Source: Parasitella parasitica NRRL 2501
Lineage: Eukaryota; Fungi; Mucoromycota
DNA length: 54,804 bases
Assembly (NCBI GenBank): GCA_025201805.1
Contig: MU619402.1
Coordinates: 5,475 to 60,278 of the forward strand
Direction of reading: 5' to 3'
Shown here: positions 52,897 to 54,804 of the stretch, in pieces
Numbering within the stretch: position 1 is the first letter of the stretch
Layout of the letters: each line of letters starts with the position of its first letter
The notes under the pieces: generated by a model
The model's database searches: none
What the model saw: the letters and a program-made list of their open reading frames with translations, nothing else
Told to the model about the DNA's origin: nothing
Translations under genes and position numbers: made by a program

Positions 52897-54804
52897 TCTA
52901 TATTATATTATAACAAAAAAAAAAGTGCTGTGGTAATGATTTGTTGTATGTAAAGAAAAGAGAAAAAGAAAAAAAGAGGAATGAACCATTATACTTTATT
53001 AAACGTGTTAAAATTGAATAGTCAAACCGAGATGTATGGCCAATCAACATATAACACCCTTGTCACCCAATCAAAAAACTACACCTTTGATTGAATTTCA
53101 ATAAAAAAGGAGGAGGTTGGTATGCTGTTGATTTGGTGGGCAATGAATTAGATGTTTAACCATTGAAGCATCGTTTATAAGGAAATTAGCATCGATACTT
53201 GGCCTAGTATAATGTCTATCACTAAATAAATTGCCAGAGACAATATCAGTCAAATTTATTACATGTATGAAATACAAGTCTATGGTATTAAACAAAATAT
53301 TGTTGTATGCAATCATTTTTTTGATCCTGATATATCAACCTCTTAAATAACCGAGATTAGAATCATGGCAGATTTGAAAAAGTAAAAAAGATTAGCATAC
53401 CTTTTAAGACACTGATATAGGCACCTACTTGGTTGCATTTACAAATTAAGTAAAAATGAAGGTGGCAGCCATATCCAGCTAGATATATGTTTCGTGAATG
53501 ACTACAGACACTACAGACGTAAAGAAATGCCAATGCAGCCAATCGAAAGTACTAAAAATAACTACAGCCACTGCAGGTGTAAAATCTAAGAACGATGTTT
53601 TTGTTTATAAGACCTTACTCGAGTTTCAAGTATATGGACGTAAATATTAATCAAAATCTTTCTCATGATAACTTGTTAAGTTTTCGCTACTGCTGTCGAT
53701 TTGATCTTCATAATTACTTAATTCTTGAATTAGCCTATAACATTCTTCCAAGGCGAATACACATTTGCTTTGACCTAACATCAAATCATTAAAATTGCTG
53801 AAAATATGAACATTACATAATCTAAACTCACCTTCTGGTATAAGTCCATCTTCGTCATGAAAGCTTCCGTTTGTACGTAGCATATCTATACTTCTCAGCT
53901 TCAATGTATAACTATATGAAATATGCGTTGTTATCTATAATATGCATCTGCACGTATGAAATCTCAACCTACAGCATCTTTTCATCATTTGAAAGACTAC
54001 AATGCAACGACTGTAATCTTTTCAGGCAATCGCGCAAGGTATTTAATTGATGATACAGTTTTTTCCAATTTATTGAGGACTGTTGTGCAGAAAGGGTGAA
54101 GAGACGTGATAAAATTCAGAAAAACAATCTACAAAATGCCGAAAAGTGTCGAGACTTTTTTAGAAAAGGTATTGAAATAAAAACGACTTCTTTCCTATTT
54201 ATTTGGAATAGATTTAGAGATTTTGAGAAAACCCCTAATAATTTCAGTTGAAACGTTATTTGCTTGAAAGAGGAAACTTCTATATAATCACACATAAACA
54301 CACTATACTTTTTTAATCTAGAAGACCTTCAGGTGCATATGATAAAATATTCTTTCCAAGGCATTAAAGAAATGTCTTTGATGGCCTGTTTAATGACCTG
54401 TTTAAAAGCATCAATTTTGTATTAATGGATTCAATCTCTCCTTCATTATGACATGTATGTAATATTTTTATTGTTATACTTTATCAATCCAAAACGTACG
54501 ACATCTATATTTTACTTTTTATATTTTCCACGTATTAATTACTTAGTCAGTTTCGTTTTATGAAGGTGTTAGAAAAACCAAAGGATATACTTTATCAAAT
54601 ATAGGCAATGTGGATTAAAGAAAATGCCATTTTAAAGGCTGGTTAGCAGCATTTCAAGCTTTTCCTGCCAAGAGTTAATTTTTATTTTCATGCAACTTAC
54701 ACATACATTGTATAATATATATCATAGACTCATCATCTTGGATTTATTAAACAAATATCATAAATATATAAAATCATCATATAAATATTCATATATCAAA
54801 AAAA

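Overview
AT-rich, intron-containing fungal DNA. The gene set and repeat families point to Mucorales (Mucoromycota). There are three assembly gaps (19849-19923, 22873-22892, 25679-26478). Recognisable genes are a membrane-anchored UDP-glycosyltransferase, SEC63, BEM1/Scd2, Rho-GDI, ESS2/DGCR14, a single-chain type I fatty acid synthase (about 4127 aa) with two ACP domains, a C19 ubiquitin protease, the Rieske protein RIP1, an MCP1-like protein and SEC61 alpha. A nest of decayed elements lies between SEC63 and BEM1: an L1-like fragment, a PD-(D/E)xK pseudogene and a Tc1/IS630 DD34E element. Two candidates stand out. (1) The FAS keeps every catalytic residue, but its ketosynthase pocket carries clustered polar substitutions at normally invariant positions, suggesting a specialised FAS with an unknown product. 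(2) Three tandem small secreted S/T-rich proteins share a C-terminal motif and sit next to a decayed CotH ecto-kinase gene. All family calls come from motif recognition by eye; no database search was run.
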